Positions 34,413 to 43,572 of a stretch of 64,000 nucleotides of DNA are shown here, piece by piece. How positions within the stretch are numbered: position 1 is the stretch's first letter; every line of letters starts with the position of its first letter. The translations under genes and the position numbers were made by a program. The stretch comes from Dehalococcoidia bacterium (GTDB taxonomy: Bacteria; Chloroflexota; Dehalococcoidia; Lucifugimonadales; JAGWBF01). The DNA lies in NCBI GenBank assembly GCA_965116325.1, contig OZ220675.1, forward strand, positions 513,457 to 577,456, written 5' to 3'. The notes below the pieces were generated by a model. The model was not told the DNA's origin and made no database searches. It was given only the letters and a program-made list of their open reading frames with translations.

Positions 34413-35242
34413 TCGACTACATAGTCGGCCCCTTTCAGTACACCTTCATGGTCAGGGCGCTGATCGTCTCCGTGTTGGTCGGCGTTATGTGCCCGGTGCT
34501 TGGGGCATACGTCATTACCCGGGGGCGCGCATTCATGGGGGATGCCCTGGCCCACTCGGTGCTTCCCGGCATGGTGGTTGCCTTCCTTCTGGGAATCAGC
34601 CCCTTCATCGCCGCCGTTCCGGCGGGCATAGCCATCGCCCTGTTGATGGGCAGCATCGCTCGGCGCACTGGGGTAAGCGAAGACACATCCATAGGCATCA
34701 TCTTTGCGGGCATGTTTGCCCTGGGCCTCGTGATGCTCTCCAAGGCCTCGAACATCACCGTTAACATCGAAGACCTGCTCCTTGGGCAGGTGCTGGGCGT
34801 TTCCCGGAACGACGTTTACACATCCCTGGGCCTGACCATTCTGGTGCTGATAGGCCTGTTCATCTTTCACCGTCAGCTGATATACACCACCTTCGACCCC
34901 GTGGGCGCCAAGGTGGTGGGGATACGAACGGGGCTCATCGAGTACGTGCTCCTAGCACTGCTGGCCTTGGTCATAGTCATAGGCATTCAGGCCGCGGGTA
35001 TCGTTCTTGTAATGGCCATGCTCATCACACCTGCCGCGACTGCCTACCTTCTGGTCCGGCGCTTCGTGGAGGTCATGGTATTGGGGGCTTTCCTGGGAGG
35101 GGTCTCAGCAGTGACCGGGCTGTACCTTTCATTCCACGTGGACCTGCCCTCAGGCCCGGCCATGGCCCTGGTCGCTACCGTAATGTTTGGAGTGGCCGCC
35201 TTGGCGAAGCAGCAGTGGAGGGTCAAAGAGGCAACAGCTTAA
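34409..35242 (+). CDS. znuB: metal ABC transporter permease (ABC-3 family)
   Basis: 277 aa with 8-9 TM helices. It overlaps znuC by 4 nt (GTGA). ABC-3-type blocks such as AFMGDALAHSVLPG are present. Confidence 0.88.
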   Translation: MIDYIVGPFQYTFMVRALIVSVLVGVMCPVLGAYVITRGRAFMGDALAHSVLPGMVVAFLLGISPFIAAVPAGIAIALLMGSIARRTGVSEDTSIGIIFAGMFALGLVMLSKASNITVNIEDLLLGQVLGVSRNDVYTSLGLTILVLIGLFIFHRQLIYTTFDPVGAKVVGIRTGLIEYVLLALLALVIVIGIQAAGIVLVMAMLITPAATAYLLVRRFVEVMVLGAFLGGVSAVTGLYLSFHVDLPSGPAMALVATVMFGVAALAKQQWRVKEATA

Positions 35243-35248
35243 TAGCCG

Positions 35249-35273
35249 GCCTTCCATCTAGGTTTTGGAAGGC
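35249..35273. terminator. stem-loop between the convergent znuB and yihY-like genes
   Basis: GCCTTCCA (35249-35256) and TGGAAGGC (35266-35273) form 8 bp around a 9-nt loop containing TTT. It sits between two convergent stop codons. Confidence 0.4.
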
Positions 35274-35292
35274 GGCTTCAAGGGAAGCAGGG

Positions 35293-36237
35293 TTACCTTC
35301 CTATCAGGGTGCCCCTTTTCACTCCCTTCCGCATACGTTCGTACTCGGAGCAGAATTCGGCCCCCAGTATGAGGATGAAGGAAGAGATGTAGGTCCACAC
35401 CAGTAACGAGATGACCGCCCCCAGGGAACCGTACACCCTGGCGTAGTTCGCAAAGTTGTCCAGGTAGAACAAAAACGCCGTCTTCCCAAGCTCGAAGCAC
35501 AGGGCGGCCAGGAGCGCCCCGGGCCAGATGTACCTCCAATGGGTGGTTGTATTGGGGACCAGCTTGTAAATCAGCAAGAAAATCGCCAGGGTGAATACGA
35601 AAGGCAGAGCGCGGGCAAACAGGCCGGCCAAAGCGTCTTCCAGAAAATGGTAACGGTCCAAACCCAAGCCGCCTGCAAACTGGATAGAAGAGGTGGCCCC
35701 CAGGGATAGCAAGAAGAGGAGGCCCACCGCCATGGCCATCACCAAGTGGTGGAATTTGGCGACGTAAAACGGCCGGTCTTCGTGGACATCCCAAGCCCTA
35801 TCCACAGCCCGGCTGATGGCGCCAAAGAGGGCGCTGGCGCTCCAGAAAAGGCCAAGAATGCCCGCGACCCCCAGGAACCCCCTTACGCCCTTCACCGAGC
35901 CCACGTTGTCGGTCAGGATATCTTCGGTGCCGGGAAGGTAGGTCTGAAAGAAGTGGAGCATCTCCCTCTCCACGGTCTCCGATTCGAGGATGAAGCTAAA
36001 GATGAAGATCAGCCCGAGGATAAGGGGGAATAGGGAGATTATGGCGTAGTAAGCCACCCCTGCGGCCATGTGGGTGGCATCGTCGTTGCCCATCTCCCGG
36101 ACTACCCGGACCAACAGCCTGATTAGGGGAATGCCCAGCATCGCCCACCAGATGGGCTCCGCGATGCTGGCAACTCCCTGCGTCAGAGCCCGGGCTTTGT
36201 TAAGGACAGGCAATGTGAATTCCTCGAATTGGCGCAT
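35293..36237 (-). CDS. YihY/BrkB family membrane protein
   Basis: 314 aa with 6 TM helices. It has the typical N-terminal block HMAAGVAYYAIISLFPLIL and the C-terminal block YGSLGAVISLLVWTYISSFILILGAEF. Confidence 0.85.
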   Translation of the reverse strand: MRQFEEFTLPVLNKARALTQGVASIAEPIWWAMLGIPLIRLLVRVVREMGNDDATHMAAGVAYYAIISLFPLILGLIFIFSFILESETVEREMLHFFQTYLPGTEDILTDNVGSVKGVRGFLGVAGILGLFWSASALFGAISRAVDRAWDVHEDRPFYVAKFHHLVMAMAVGLLFLLSLGATSSIQFAGGLGLDRYHFLEDALAGLFARALPFVFTLAIFLLIYKLVPNTTTHWRYIWPGALLAALCFELGKTAFLFYLDNFANYARVYGSLGAVISLLVWTYISSFILILGAEFCSEYERMRKGVKRGTLIGR

Positions 36238-36399
36238 CGCGCCGCCAGCTGCTGCCGAGCATCTTCGACTTCACTGGAGATGTCTCTGTCTCCGCATACT
36301 ATGGGGGCCGGGACATCGGTCACCACCCAGTGAGGTCGAAGCCGGGACCAAGGAACAGGCCCGGAGGCATGCAGCCACCCAGCCCGCTTTAGCTAAAGA

Positions 36400-37497
36400 C
36401 TAGCTGTTTTCTTCTTTCTTGAAGGGTGCTCTCAGAATAACTCGAACGCCACCGATTGTGCCGGATACAGCATTGGTTACCGCCGTTGCCGTAGCCTCCC
36501 CGAAGGACCCGGCCGCGCTGACAGCCCCATTGGCCGTAGCCGAGGCGGCATCCTCAGCGCGAACACCGATCCGCTTCGCATTCTCTATGGCCGATTCCAC
36601 CGCGTTGCGCGCCACATTTGCCACATCGCCGCCGACCTCTGCTGTGCCTTTCACAAGACCTCTGGCGCTGTCTTCGAGGGCTCCTATGACATTGCCTCCC
36701 ACCTGCTGGGTACCCGTCACAGTTCCACTGATGGTGTCCCTGGCGGTGGCTCCCAAGTCTCCTCCAACGTCCCTGGCGCCATGAACGGCGCCCCTGGCTG
36801 CGCTGAATGCCACATCCTGCAGCTTGACGGCAACGCTTCCTGTAGCCTCGATCGCACCCTCCACTGCACCTCGGGTCACCAAAGCCACATCACCTCCCAC
36901 TTCGGAAGCCCCACTGACCAACCCCCGGGCGCTGTCTTCGACAGCCTCGATGACGCTGCCTCCAACCTCCTGGGTGCCGGTGATAGTTCCCTTGATCGTA
37001 TCCTTTGCGGCGGAGGCCAGGTCTCCTCCCACTTCCCTTGTGCCTTGAATGGCTCCCTGGGCTACGCTGAAAGCCATATCCTCAGCCCGCAGCCCCAGGC
37101 TCTTGGTCGTTTCCATGGCGCCTTCGGCGGCGCTCCGGGCCACGGTGGCAACATCGCCGCCCACCTCACCGGTGCCCTTTATGGCGGCCCGCACAGTATC
37201 CCTGAGCACGCCCACTGTGACAGTGCTCACTTCGCCGGCGCCGCGAATTATCCCTATGACGCTCCCCTTAACTGTGGACGCCAACTCGGTACCGACTTCG
37301 TTGGTTGCCTGGATGGCGCCTTTGATCACATCTCCAACCAGCTCTTCTATGCTTGTTATCGTGTCCCGAGAGCTGCGAAGGGCGTTAGTTGTGGCATTGC
37401 GCGCAGCATCAATGGTGCTTTCGACCACGCTGCCTGCTCCACTGATGGTACCCGCTATAGAGTCCCTGATACCTCTTCCTATATTTCCCAAGGTCAT
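36400..37497 (-). CDS. repeat protein of unknown function (Ala/Gly/Val/Thr/Glu-rich; 22-aa x-G-T-x-E-V-G-G-D units nested in ~88-aa super-repeats)
   Basis: 365 aa with its own RBS (AAGGAG) and promoter-like element. There is no signal peptide, TM segment, Cys, Trp or Tyr. The G(T/A)xEVGGD core occurs 7 times plus 2 degenerate copies. Confidence 0.75.
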   Translation of the reverse strand: MTLGNIGRGIRDSIAGTISGAGSVVESTIDAARNATTNALRSSRDTITSIEELVGDVIKGAIQATNEVGTELASTVKGSVIGIIRGAGEVSTVTVGVLRDTVRAAIKGTGEVGGDVATVARSAAEGAMETTKSLGLRAEDMAFSVAQGAIQGTREVGGDLASAAKDTIKGTITGTQEVGGSVIEAVEDSARGLVSGASEVGGDVALVTRGAVEGAIEATGSVAVKLQDVAFSAARGAVHGARDVGGDLGATARDTISGTVTGTQQVGGNVIGALEDSARGLVKGTAEVGGDVANVARNAVESAIENAKRIGVRAEDAASATANGAVSAAGSFGEATATAVTNAVSGTIGGVRVILRAPFKKEENS

Positions 37498-37602
37498 CTG
37501 CGCATCTCCTTATCGTTATGGGCCCGATGGTGCAGTTATGTAAAGCGCCTATATGTGCAAATCCACTGCAGTCAGAATGTGGGCATCGAAAGCCTGGATA
37601 CG

Positions 37603-37632
37603 ATTATAGGTCGCCCAAACTTGGATTGTCCA
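37603..37632 (-). promoter_or_regulatory. promoter-like TGGACA-N18-TATAAT upstream of the repeat-protein gene
   Basis: On the minus strand, TGGACA lies at 37632-37627 and a consensus TATAAT at 37608-37603, about 100 nt upstream of ATG 37497. Confidence 0.4.
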
Positions 37633-37668
37633 TCGACTCGGGGAACAGTGGACGGTCACATGGACCGA

Positions 37669-39036
37669 CTAGAGAGAAGCGAGGAGCTTCAGCTCATCGG
37701 CCATAAGACGGGGGGTCAGGTAGTGGCTGCGGATGTACCGGTGACCCCAAGCCCCCATCGACTTGGCTTGGTCGGGATTCTCCAGCAAATGAAGCACCTT
37801 GTCGGCGCACTCTTCGATGCTGTCAACGAGGTAGCCGCCTTTGCTGTCCTTAAGCTGCATGGGGATTCCGCCGACCCTGCCACCCACCACTGCCGTGAAC
37901 TTCCACTGGGCTTCCGCGACTACCAAGCCGAACCCTTCCCGGATGGACTTCTGGATAACGACGTCCGACGAGCGCTGGAAGGCGTTAACCTCGATGCTGC
38001 TGGCGGCGGTGAAGTTTGTGTACATGTGCACGTCGGGGTCACTGCCAGCTGCCCTTCTGGTCGCTTCGTACATCTCCGCGCCCTGGGGGTCATCCATGGC
38101 CAGGTGGCCCAGCATAGCCAGCTGGACCTCTGGGATCTTCCGCTTCACCCGGCGGTACACTTCCACAACTCCCAGCGGGTCCTTCCAGGGATCGAAGCGG
38201 GACACCTGGGTCACCAGGGGCCTGCGGGTGTCGATGCCCGCAAAGGAGAGGATGTTCTCACACAGGCCGGGGGGAAGATAGGTGTTCTTGGGGGTTGTGG
38301 GGTCTATGGCCGGCGGGATCAGGCGAACCTTCTCCGACGGCAGGTCCTTCATGGCGTAGTCGGCCATGGTGAAGACCACGGCATCGTAGGCATCCACATA
38401 GGGACGCAGGAAACGCCACACCTGGAGATTTGGCTCGGACACGTCGATGTGACACCGCCATACCCACTTGGCCTTGGTTGAGCCATGCATGGAGCGAATG
38501 GCTGCCGGCTGGGGGTCGTGCACGATGATGTAGTCGTAGTCGTCGTAGGAGAAGGCTGTGTTGCGGGAGTTGGTGTCCAGGTAGGCCCGCTTCCCGGCGC
38601 CGGTCAGATGGTAATCGCCTCCCTGAAGGGCGTTGTGGAAAGCCTTGGTGACGCGAAAGAAGGGGTCGTCCCCTGCGATGGTCATCCAATCGGCATGGAT
38701 GCCTATGTCCCGCATCAGGGGGATGTAAGAGCGGAGGATTTCCGCAACCCCGCCTCCGTAGGCGGTGGAGTTGAGGTGCAGCACCTTGGCGCCCACCAGC
38801 GGGGCTGCCAATCTCCTGACCTCCTCCAGGGCCTTCCTGCCAACGGGTTTTCGGTAGGCCTCCAGGGAGGCATTGCCAACGGACACTTCTTGCAGCGGGC
38901 CTGTGTACCTCTCTGCCAATGGGGCTGATCTCGCAAGGCGCTCATGGCCGTTTCGTCCGGCCCCCGCCCCATTGCGGTTGGTGCTTTCAATCTTATTTGC
39001 CGTCAGCGTCCGTTGCGCCAATTCTCCCCCCATCAC
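37669..39036 (-). CDS. treT: trehalose synthase, TreT-type (GT4 trehalose glycosyltransferring synthase)
   Basis: 455 aa. It has the conserved TreT-family blocks as I recall them: HLNSTAYGGGVAEIL, FFRVTKAFHNALQG, VHDPQPAA, WRCHIDVSEPN, VTQVSRFDPWKD and EVNAFQRSSDVVIQKSIREGFGLVVAEAQWK. The N-terminal ~50 aa are an extension, so the start is uncertain. Confidence 0.85.
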   Translation of the reverse strand: MMGGELAQRTLTANKIESTNRNGAGAGRNGHERLARSAPLAERYTGPLQEVSVGNASLEAYRKPVGRKALEEVRRLAAPLVGAKVLHLNSTAYGGGVAEILRSYIPLMRDIGIHADWMTIAGDDPFFRVTKAFHNALQGGDYHLTGAGKRAYLDTNSRNTAFSYDDYDYIIVHDPQPAAIRSMHGSTKAKWVWRCHIDVSEPNLQVWRFLRPYVDAYDAVVFTMADYAMKDLPSEKVRLIPPAIDPTTPKNTYLPPGLCENILSFAGIDTRRPLVTQVSRFDPWKDPLGVVEVYRRVKRKIPEVQLAMLGHLAMDDPQGAEMYEATRRAAGSDPDVHMYTNFTAASSIEVNAFQRSSDVVIQKSIREGFGLVVAEAQWKFTAVVGGRVGGIPMQLKDSKGGYLVDSIEECADKVLHLLENPDQAKSMGAWGHRYIRSHYLTPRLMADELKLLASL

Positions 39037-39188
39037 CTTCTAATCTGCCACCCACTTTACAAGTTAACAACAATACCATAAATGCCAAGGCCAATTTCAA
39101 TAGCTACCTCGCTTGATTGGCGACGTTTTCGATATAAAGGGAGGCGATGTTACACTGCAAGTAACGAAGAACCGGGTAAGGAGTCAAT

Positions 39189-40169
39189 ATGGCAACCTTG
39201 GTTACCGGGGGCACCGGATTTGTAGGGAGCAACATCATCAAAGCCCTGGCCCAGCGGGGACACGAAGTCGTGTCCCTGGATTTGTCAGCGCCCGACGAGA
39301 TGGTTATGAAGTACCTGGAACCCTGGGCCTCCCAGGTCAGTTTTTCGACGGGAAGCATCCTGGAACCAAGCGACCTGAGGAAAGCGGTGGAAGGACGGGC
39401 CATCGACAAGGTCGTACACGCCGCAGTATTCACAGCGACCCGGGAAGATATAGAGAAGGAGAGCAGCGCATCCATCGTCAACATTAACGTCGTGGGCACG
39501 ACCAATGTGCTAGAGCTGGCCTCCACCCTGCCCTTGCGTCGATTCCTGTACGTCAGCTCGGGGGCTGTGTACGGCGAAGCCCGCGGGTCTGAAGAGCTGC
39601 TGGAAGAGGATGTAAAGCTGTACCCGCGCACCCTCTACGCATCCACCAAGTACGCCAGCGAGCTCCTGACCCGGCGCTACGGGGAGATGCACGGCTTCCC
39701 TTCCGTCAGCGTACGCCTGGCTTCGCCCTACGGACCTATGGAACGCGTTACCGGCCACAGGGCGGTTATGTCGGTGCTGTACGAATGCACAGGCAAGGCG
39801 GCCCGAGGGGAGGCCATACCCGTCGGTGACCGGAGCCTCGGCAGGGACTACACCTACGTCAGCGACACTGCTGCCGGTATTTGCCACGTGTTGGATGCGC
39901 CAGCCCTGTCCCATGATGTGTACAACATCACCACGGGCAGGAAGATAACCTTGGGGGATGTCGTGGATGCCCTCCAGGAGGTCCGCCCCGGCCTGTCCGT
40001 GTACGACGACCCGGCCAAGGTGTACGGCAACCTGTATCCCGGCTATGTCCGGGGCATCTTGGACGGCTCTCGCCTTTGGCAGGACACAGGCTGGGCGCCC
40101 GTCTTCGATCTTTCGATGGGACTCGCAGATTACATGGGCTGGCGAGATACGGCCCCCTTCCGGGACTAG
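39189..40169 (+). CDS. NAD-dependent epimerase/dehydratase (extended SDR)
   Basis: 326 aa. It has the Rossmann motif VTGGTGFVGSN and the catalytic YASTKYASE (YxxxK). Confidence 0.85.
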   Translation: MATLVTGGTGFVGSNIIKALAQRGHEVVSLDLSAPDEMVMKYLEPWASQVSFSTGSILEPSDLRKAVEGRAIDKVVHAAVFTATREDIEKESSASIVNINVVGTTNVLELASTLPLRRFLYVSSGAVYGEARGSEELLEEDVKLYPRTLYASTKYASELLTRRYGEMHGFPSVSVRLASPYGPMERVTGHRAVMSVLYECTGKAARGEAIPVGDRSLGRDYTYVSDTAAGICHVLDAPALSHDVYNITTGRKITLGDVVDALQEVRPGLSVYDDPAKVYGNLYPGYVRGILDGSRLWQDTGWAPVFDLSMGLADYMGWRDTAPFRD

Positions 40170-40372
40170 CAAACTCGCAAATTGACAAACATTCGGCCCT
40201 ATGCTAACCTGCGCATAGGCGTTAGTGAAATTTTTAACGAACTTTTTCAGGTACGGCCAACCGAGTTTTTTCGAGCGCAATCGGCTGGTTGTTCCCATAG
40301 ACGTAAGTTCACTGACGTGGCCAACGAGAGTGTATTGCATCCCATAGAAGCTGGAGTGCAGGCGGCGGGCGT

Positions 40373-41299
40373 ATGGTTGGGCCCAAGCTACAGGTTCTCA
40401 CCGTTTTCACCGTTGTTTGCATCTTTGCGCTGATAACCTTGGGAGGAGTGGTGAGGCTCACAGACTCGGGTCTGGGATGTCCGGATTGGCCTCTTTGCCA
40501 CGGCCAGCTTTTTCCACCCATCGAATATCATGCCCTCATCGAATACTCCCATCGTATGCTGGCTGCCCTGGTGGGTGTGCTGGTAGCAGCGCAGGCCTTC
40601 GTGGTCTGGCGTTGCCACAGGAATTATCGCTTACTGCTGACCCTTAGCTTGCTGGGGGTGGTGCTGGTCCTGTTTCAGGGCGCATTGGGCGGGATTACCG
40701 TCCTCACCGAACTGGCCGACGGCCTCGTCCTGGCTCATCTCGCAACCGCTGAAGCGCTGATTGCCTGCATGGTGCTGGCCAGCGCCCTGGCGCTGCAAGG
40801 CTCGCGCGGAGCGCAAGGAACGGATAGAGGCAGCGCGCGCCTGGCCGGCCTGCGGCGGATAACCCTGATCACCACAAGTATGGTGTACCTGCTGCTGATC
40901 TCCGGGTCCTACGTAACAGTGTCGGATGCAGCCATAGCTTGTGGAGAATCCTGGCCCCTTTGTGCCGGTAGTTTGGTCCCCGAGGGACACCTTGCATCGG
41001 TACACATGCTTCATCGACTGGTTACCCTGGTCGTCTCGGCCCTCGTGGCCGTCGTGCTGGTGAAGGCTTGGCGTCAGGGCAGGGAATGGGCCCACCTGAG
41101 GTGGACTGCCATGGCCCTGGCCGGATTGCTGGTGCTGCAAGTGGGCTTGGGCGCTGCCGTAGTTACGGGCGGGTTCGACACCGTTCTGCGGGCGACCCAC
41201 CTCTCCCTGGGGACACTGATGTGGGTATCCCTGGTTGTCTTGGCCATCATCGTGGTGATGGGAAGGCCAAGGGGAATGAAGGGGAGCGCCTATGCTTAG
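40373..41299 (+). CDS. ctaA: heme A synthase (COX15/CtaA)
   Basis: 308 aa with 8 TM helices. Blocks GGVVRLTDSGLGCPDWPLC, IEYSHRMLA and HMLHRL are present. Confidence 0.88.
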   Translation: MVGPKLQVLTVFTVVCIFALITLGGVVRLTDSGLGCPDWPLCHGQLFPPIEYHALIEYSHRMLAALVGVLVAAQAFVVWRCHRNYRLLLTLSLLGVVLVLFQGALGGITVLTELADGLVLAHLATAEALIACMVLASALALQGSRGAQGTDRGSARLAGLRRITLITTSMVYLLLISGSYVTVSDAAIACGESWPLCAGSLVPEGHLASVHMLHRLVTLVVSALVAVVLVKAWRQGREWAHLRWTAMALAGLLVLQVGLGAAVVTGGFDTVLRATHLSLGTLMWVSLVVLAIIVVMGRPRGMKGSAYA

Positions 41300-42233
41300 G
41301 CTGGGTCCCGACACCTCAACGCGAGCGTCTGCGCCGGCACAAGTGCTGTCCGTCCTCTCCGACTATGTGGCCCTGACCAAGCCTCCCATCGTAGCCCTGC
41401 TGCTGGTGACCGCCCTTGGAGGCATGTTCCTGGCGGCCCAGGGAGTACCGCCCTTGTCGGTGGCCGCCCTGTTGCTGCTGGGAGGAGCTAGCGCCGCAGC
41501 AGGGGCCAGCTCCATAAACCACTACCTGGACAGGGATGTCGATGGCATGATGCTCCGAACCAACCGCCGTCCCATTCCCGGCCGAAGGGTAAGTCCCGCA
41601 TCAGCCTTGGTTTTCGGTATCCTGCTGAACGTTTTCGCCTTTGCCCTCCTGGCATCCACGGTCAATGTGCTGAGCGCCTTAATCACTCTCGGCGGGACCC
41701 TGTTTTACGTGCTGGTTTACACCCTGTGGCTTAAGAGAATGACCCCGCAGAACATTGTCATAGGCGGTGCGGCAGGGGCCGTTCCACCCCTGGCGGGATG
41801 GGCAGCGGTTACCGGCGGTGTGGAGCTGCCAGCCCTGTACCTGTTCGGAATCATCTTCTTCTGGACGCCTCCCCATTTCTGGGCCTTGTCCCTGCTTATG
41901 AAGGACGACTACGCCAGGGCGGGTATCCCCATGCTCCCGGTGGTCTATGGCGACGCCGAGACCCGCCGGAACATATTTCTGTACACGATCATCCTGGTGG
42001 CCCTGACACTACTGCCCTTCAGCGTCCAGCAGGTAGGATGGATATACTTCACCTCTGCCGTTACCCTGGGAATCGTGTTCCTGTTATATACCGGGCACCT
42101 TGTCCGCATGGGGGAAGGCACATCCCGCAGAGATGCCACCCAGCGGGAGCGCCGGGTGTACCTGTTCTCATTGCTCTACCTGGCCCTTCTGTTTGCAGCC
42201 ATCATGATCGACACCACGGTAAACCTGGCATGA
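41292..42233 (+). CDS. ctaB: protoheme IX farnesyltransferase (heme O synthase)
   Basis: 313 aa. It has the UbiA-family motif NHYLDRDVDGMMLRTNRRP and the block FFWTPPHFWAL. It overlaps ctaA by 8 nt. Confidence 0.9.
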   Translation: MLRLGPDTSTRASAPAQVLSVLSDYVALTKPPIVALLLVTALGGMFLAAQGVPPLSVAALLLLGGASAAAGASSINHYLDRDVDGMMLRTNRRPIPGRRVSPASALVFGILLNVFAFALLASTVNVLSALITLGGTLFYVLVYTLWLKRMTPQNIVIGGAAGAVPPLAGWAAVTGGVELPALYLFGIIFFWTPPHFWALSLLMKDDYARAGIPMLPVVYGDAETRRNIFLYTIILVALTLLPFSVQQVGWIYFTSAVTLGIVFLLYTGHLVRMGEGTSRRDATQRERRVYLFSLLYLALLFAAIMIDTTVNLA

Positions 42234-42268
42234 AGACAACCGCTTTGAGAAATCCTGGAATATTGCCC

Positions 42269-42297
42269 TTGAAAGGGAAAGACTCCCTTGGTAAACT
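42269..42297 (+). promoter_or_regulatory. promoter-like TTGAAA-N17-TAAACT upstream of ctaC
   Basis: TTGAAA lies at 42269-42274 and TAAACT at 42292-42297, in the 153-nt ctaB-ctaC gap. Confidence 0.3.
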
Positions 42298-42386
42298 CTT
42301 AGCCGCAATGCGGCCCCATGACAGCACCTGCATTTACTCACGCCCGGCATCCACAACGGGAAGGGTAATCGATAAAGGAGACCCTG

Positions 42387-43493
42387 GTGATACCCAGACC
42401 GCTTAAGAGCAGGGGCATCCTTGCCCTCATAGCGCTGGCGGCCTTCCTGGTGCTGCTGAGCTGCAACCCGGCGGACAACCAGTCCACCTTTGAAGCGGCA
42501 TCCCCCGAAGCACAGAAACTGCTGGACCTATTGGCTATCATCGGCTGGGCGGCGGTAGCGGTCTTCGTGGTCGTTGAAGGAATCCTGATCTATGCGGTCA
42601 TTCGCTACGCCCGCCGGCGCAACGACAACACCATGCCGGCCCAGACCCACGGCAACACTCCCCTGGAGATCGGCTGGACCATCGCCCCTGCCATCGTCCT
42701 GGCGGTGATTGCCGTTCCCACCGTCATATACATATTCGACCTGGAATCCGAACCTCCTGCCGACTCCCTGAACGTGATAGTCACCGGCCACCAGTGGTGG
42801 TGGGAGTTCGAGTACCCCGAAGAGGATGTGATCACCGCCAACGAGCTTCGGCTGCCCGTCGAAAGGCCTGTACGCCTGCTGCTCCGGTCCGACGACGTCA
42901 TTCACAGCTTCTGGATACCGAAACTGGCCGGCAAGGTCGATGTGATACCTAACAACGAAAACAGGTTGAAGTTCACCCCCATAGAAACCGGCGAGTTCTA
43001 TGCTCAGTGTGCCGAGTTTTGCGGGGTAGCCCACTCCCACATGAGGTTCCGGGTGATCGTGGAAGAGCCCGAGGAGTTCGACGCCTGGGTGGCTAACTAC
43101 CATGAGCTGGCTTCCCGGCCGGCGCCCACCGGTGACTCTGATGAAGCCCAGGGCGCCCAGCTCTTTGCCAGCAGGGGATGCCTTCTCTGTCACGCCATCA
43201 ACGGCCCAGCCTCCGCAGAGGCCCGGCTCGCGCTGAAAGAGGGTTTCGAGAGGGGAGAGCTTCGATTCCCAGCCCCCAACCTCACCAACTTTGGGACTAG
43301 GGGAACCCTGGCGGCTGGGCTCCTGGACAACGACCTGGGTGGAGAGAACCTGAGGGCTTGGCTAACCGATCCCGACGATGTCAAGGAAGGGAATCGCATG
43401 GCCGAGCTGGCCACGGTCTACATCGACCCAGACTCCGAGTTGACGGCCCTGGAGATTTCCCAGTTGGCCTCCTACCTATTGAGCTTGAAGTAA
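42387..43493 (+). CDS. ctaC: cytochrome c oxidase subunit II with a fused C-terminal cytochrome c domain (caa3 type)
   Basis: The CuA site HSFWIP...CAEFCGVAHSHM and the C-terminal heme-c motif CLLCHAI are present. It has a GTG start after AAAGGAG and an N-terminal lipoprotein-like signal (LVLLSC). Confidence 0.9.
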   Translation: MIPRPLKSRGILALIALAAFLVLLSCNPADNQSTFEAASPEAQKLLDLLAIIGWAAVAVFVVVEGILIYAVIRYARRRNDNTMPAQTHGNTPLEIGWTIAPAIVLAVIAVPTVIYIFDLESEPPADSLNVIVTGHQWWWEFEYPEEDVITANELRLPVERPVRLLLRSDDVIHSFWIPKLAGKVDVIPNNENRLKFTPIETGEFYAQCAEFCGVAHSHMRFRVIVEEPEEFDAWVANYHELASRPAPTGDSDEAQGAQLFASRGCLLCHAINGPASAEARLALKEGFERGELRFPAPNLTNFGTRGTLAAGLLDNDLGGENLRAWLTDPDDVKEGNRMAELATVYIDPDSELTALEISQLASYLLSLK

Positions 43494-43572
43494 CGATGAG
43501 CCTTGAATCGAAACAGCGCAGACCTGCGGTGTTGAGCACGCAGAAAGAGGGAGGGTACTTCGGAGGTGAGCC

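Noticed and set aside
36781-38481. 566-aa plus-strand ORF spanning the repeat-protein and TreT genes. Several other plus-strand ORFs lie at 36419-37543.
   Set aside because: The opposite strand encodes an unmistakable TreT-type synthase and a periodically repeated protein with its own RBS. The plus-strand products are Gly/Ala/His/Pro-rich and carry no motifs.
40198-40219. The 7-bp inverted repeat CCTATGC-N8-GCATAGG after the epimerase gene, considered as a rho-independent terminator.
   Set aside because: The stem is short and not followed directly by a U-tract. It also overlaps a TTGACA-N17-TAACCT promoter-like element. Its role (terminator, operator or chance) cannot be decided from sequence alone.
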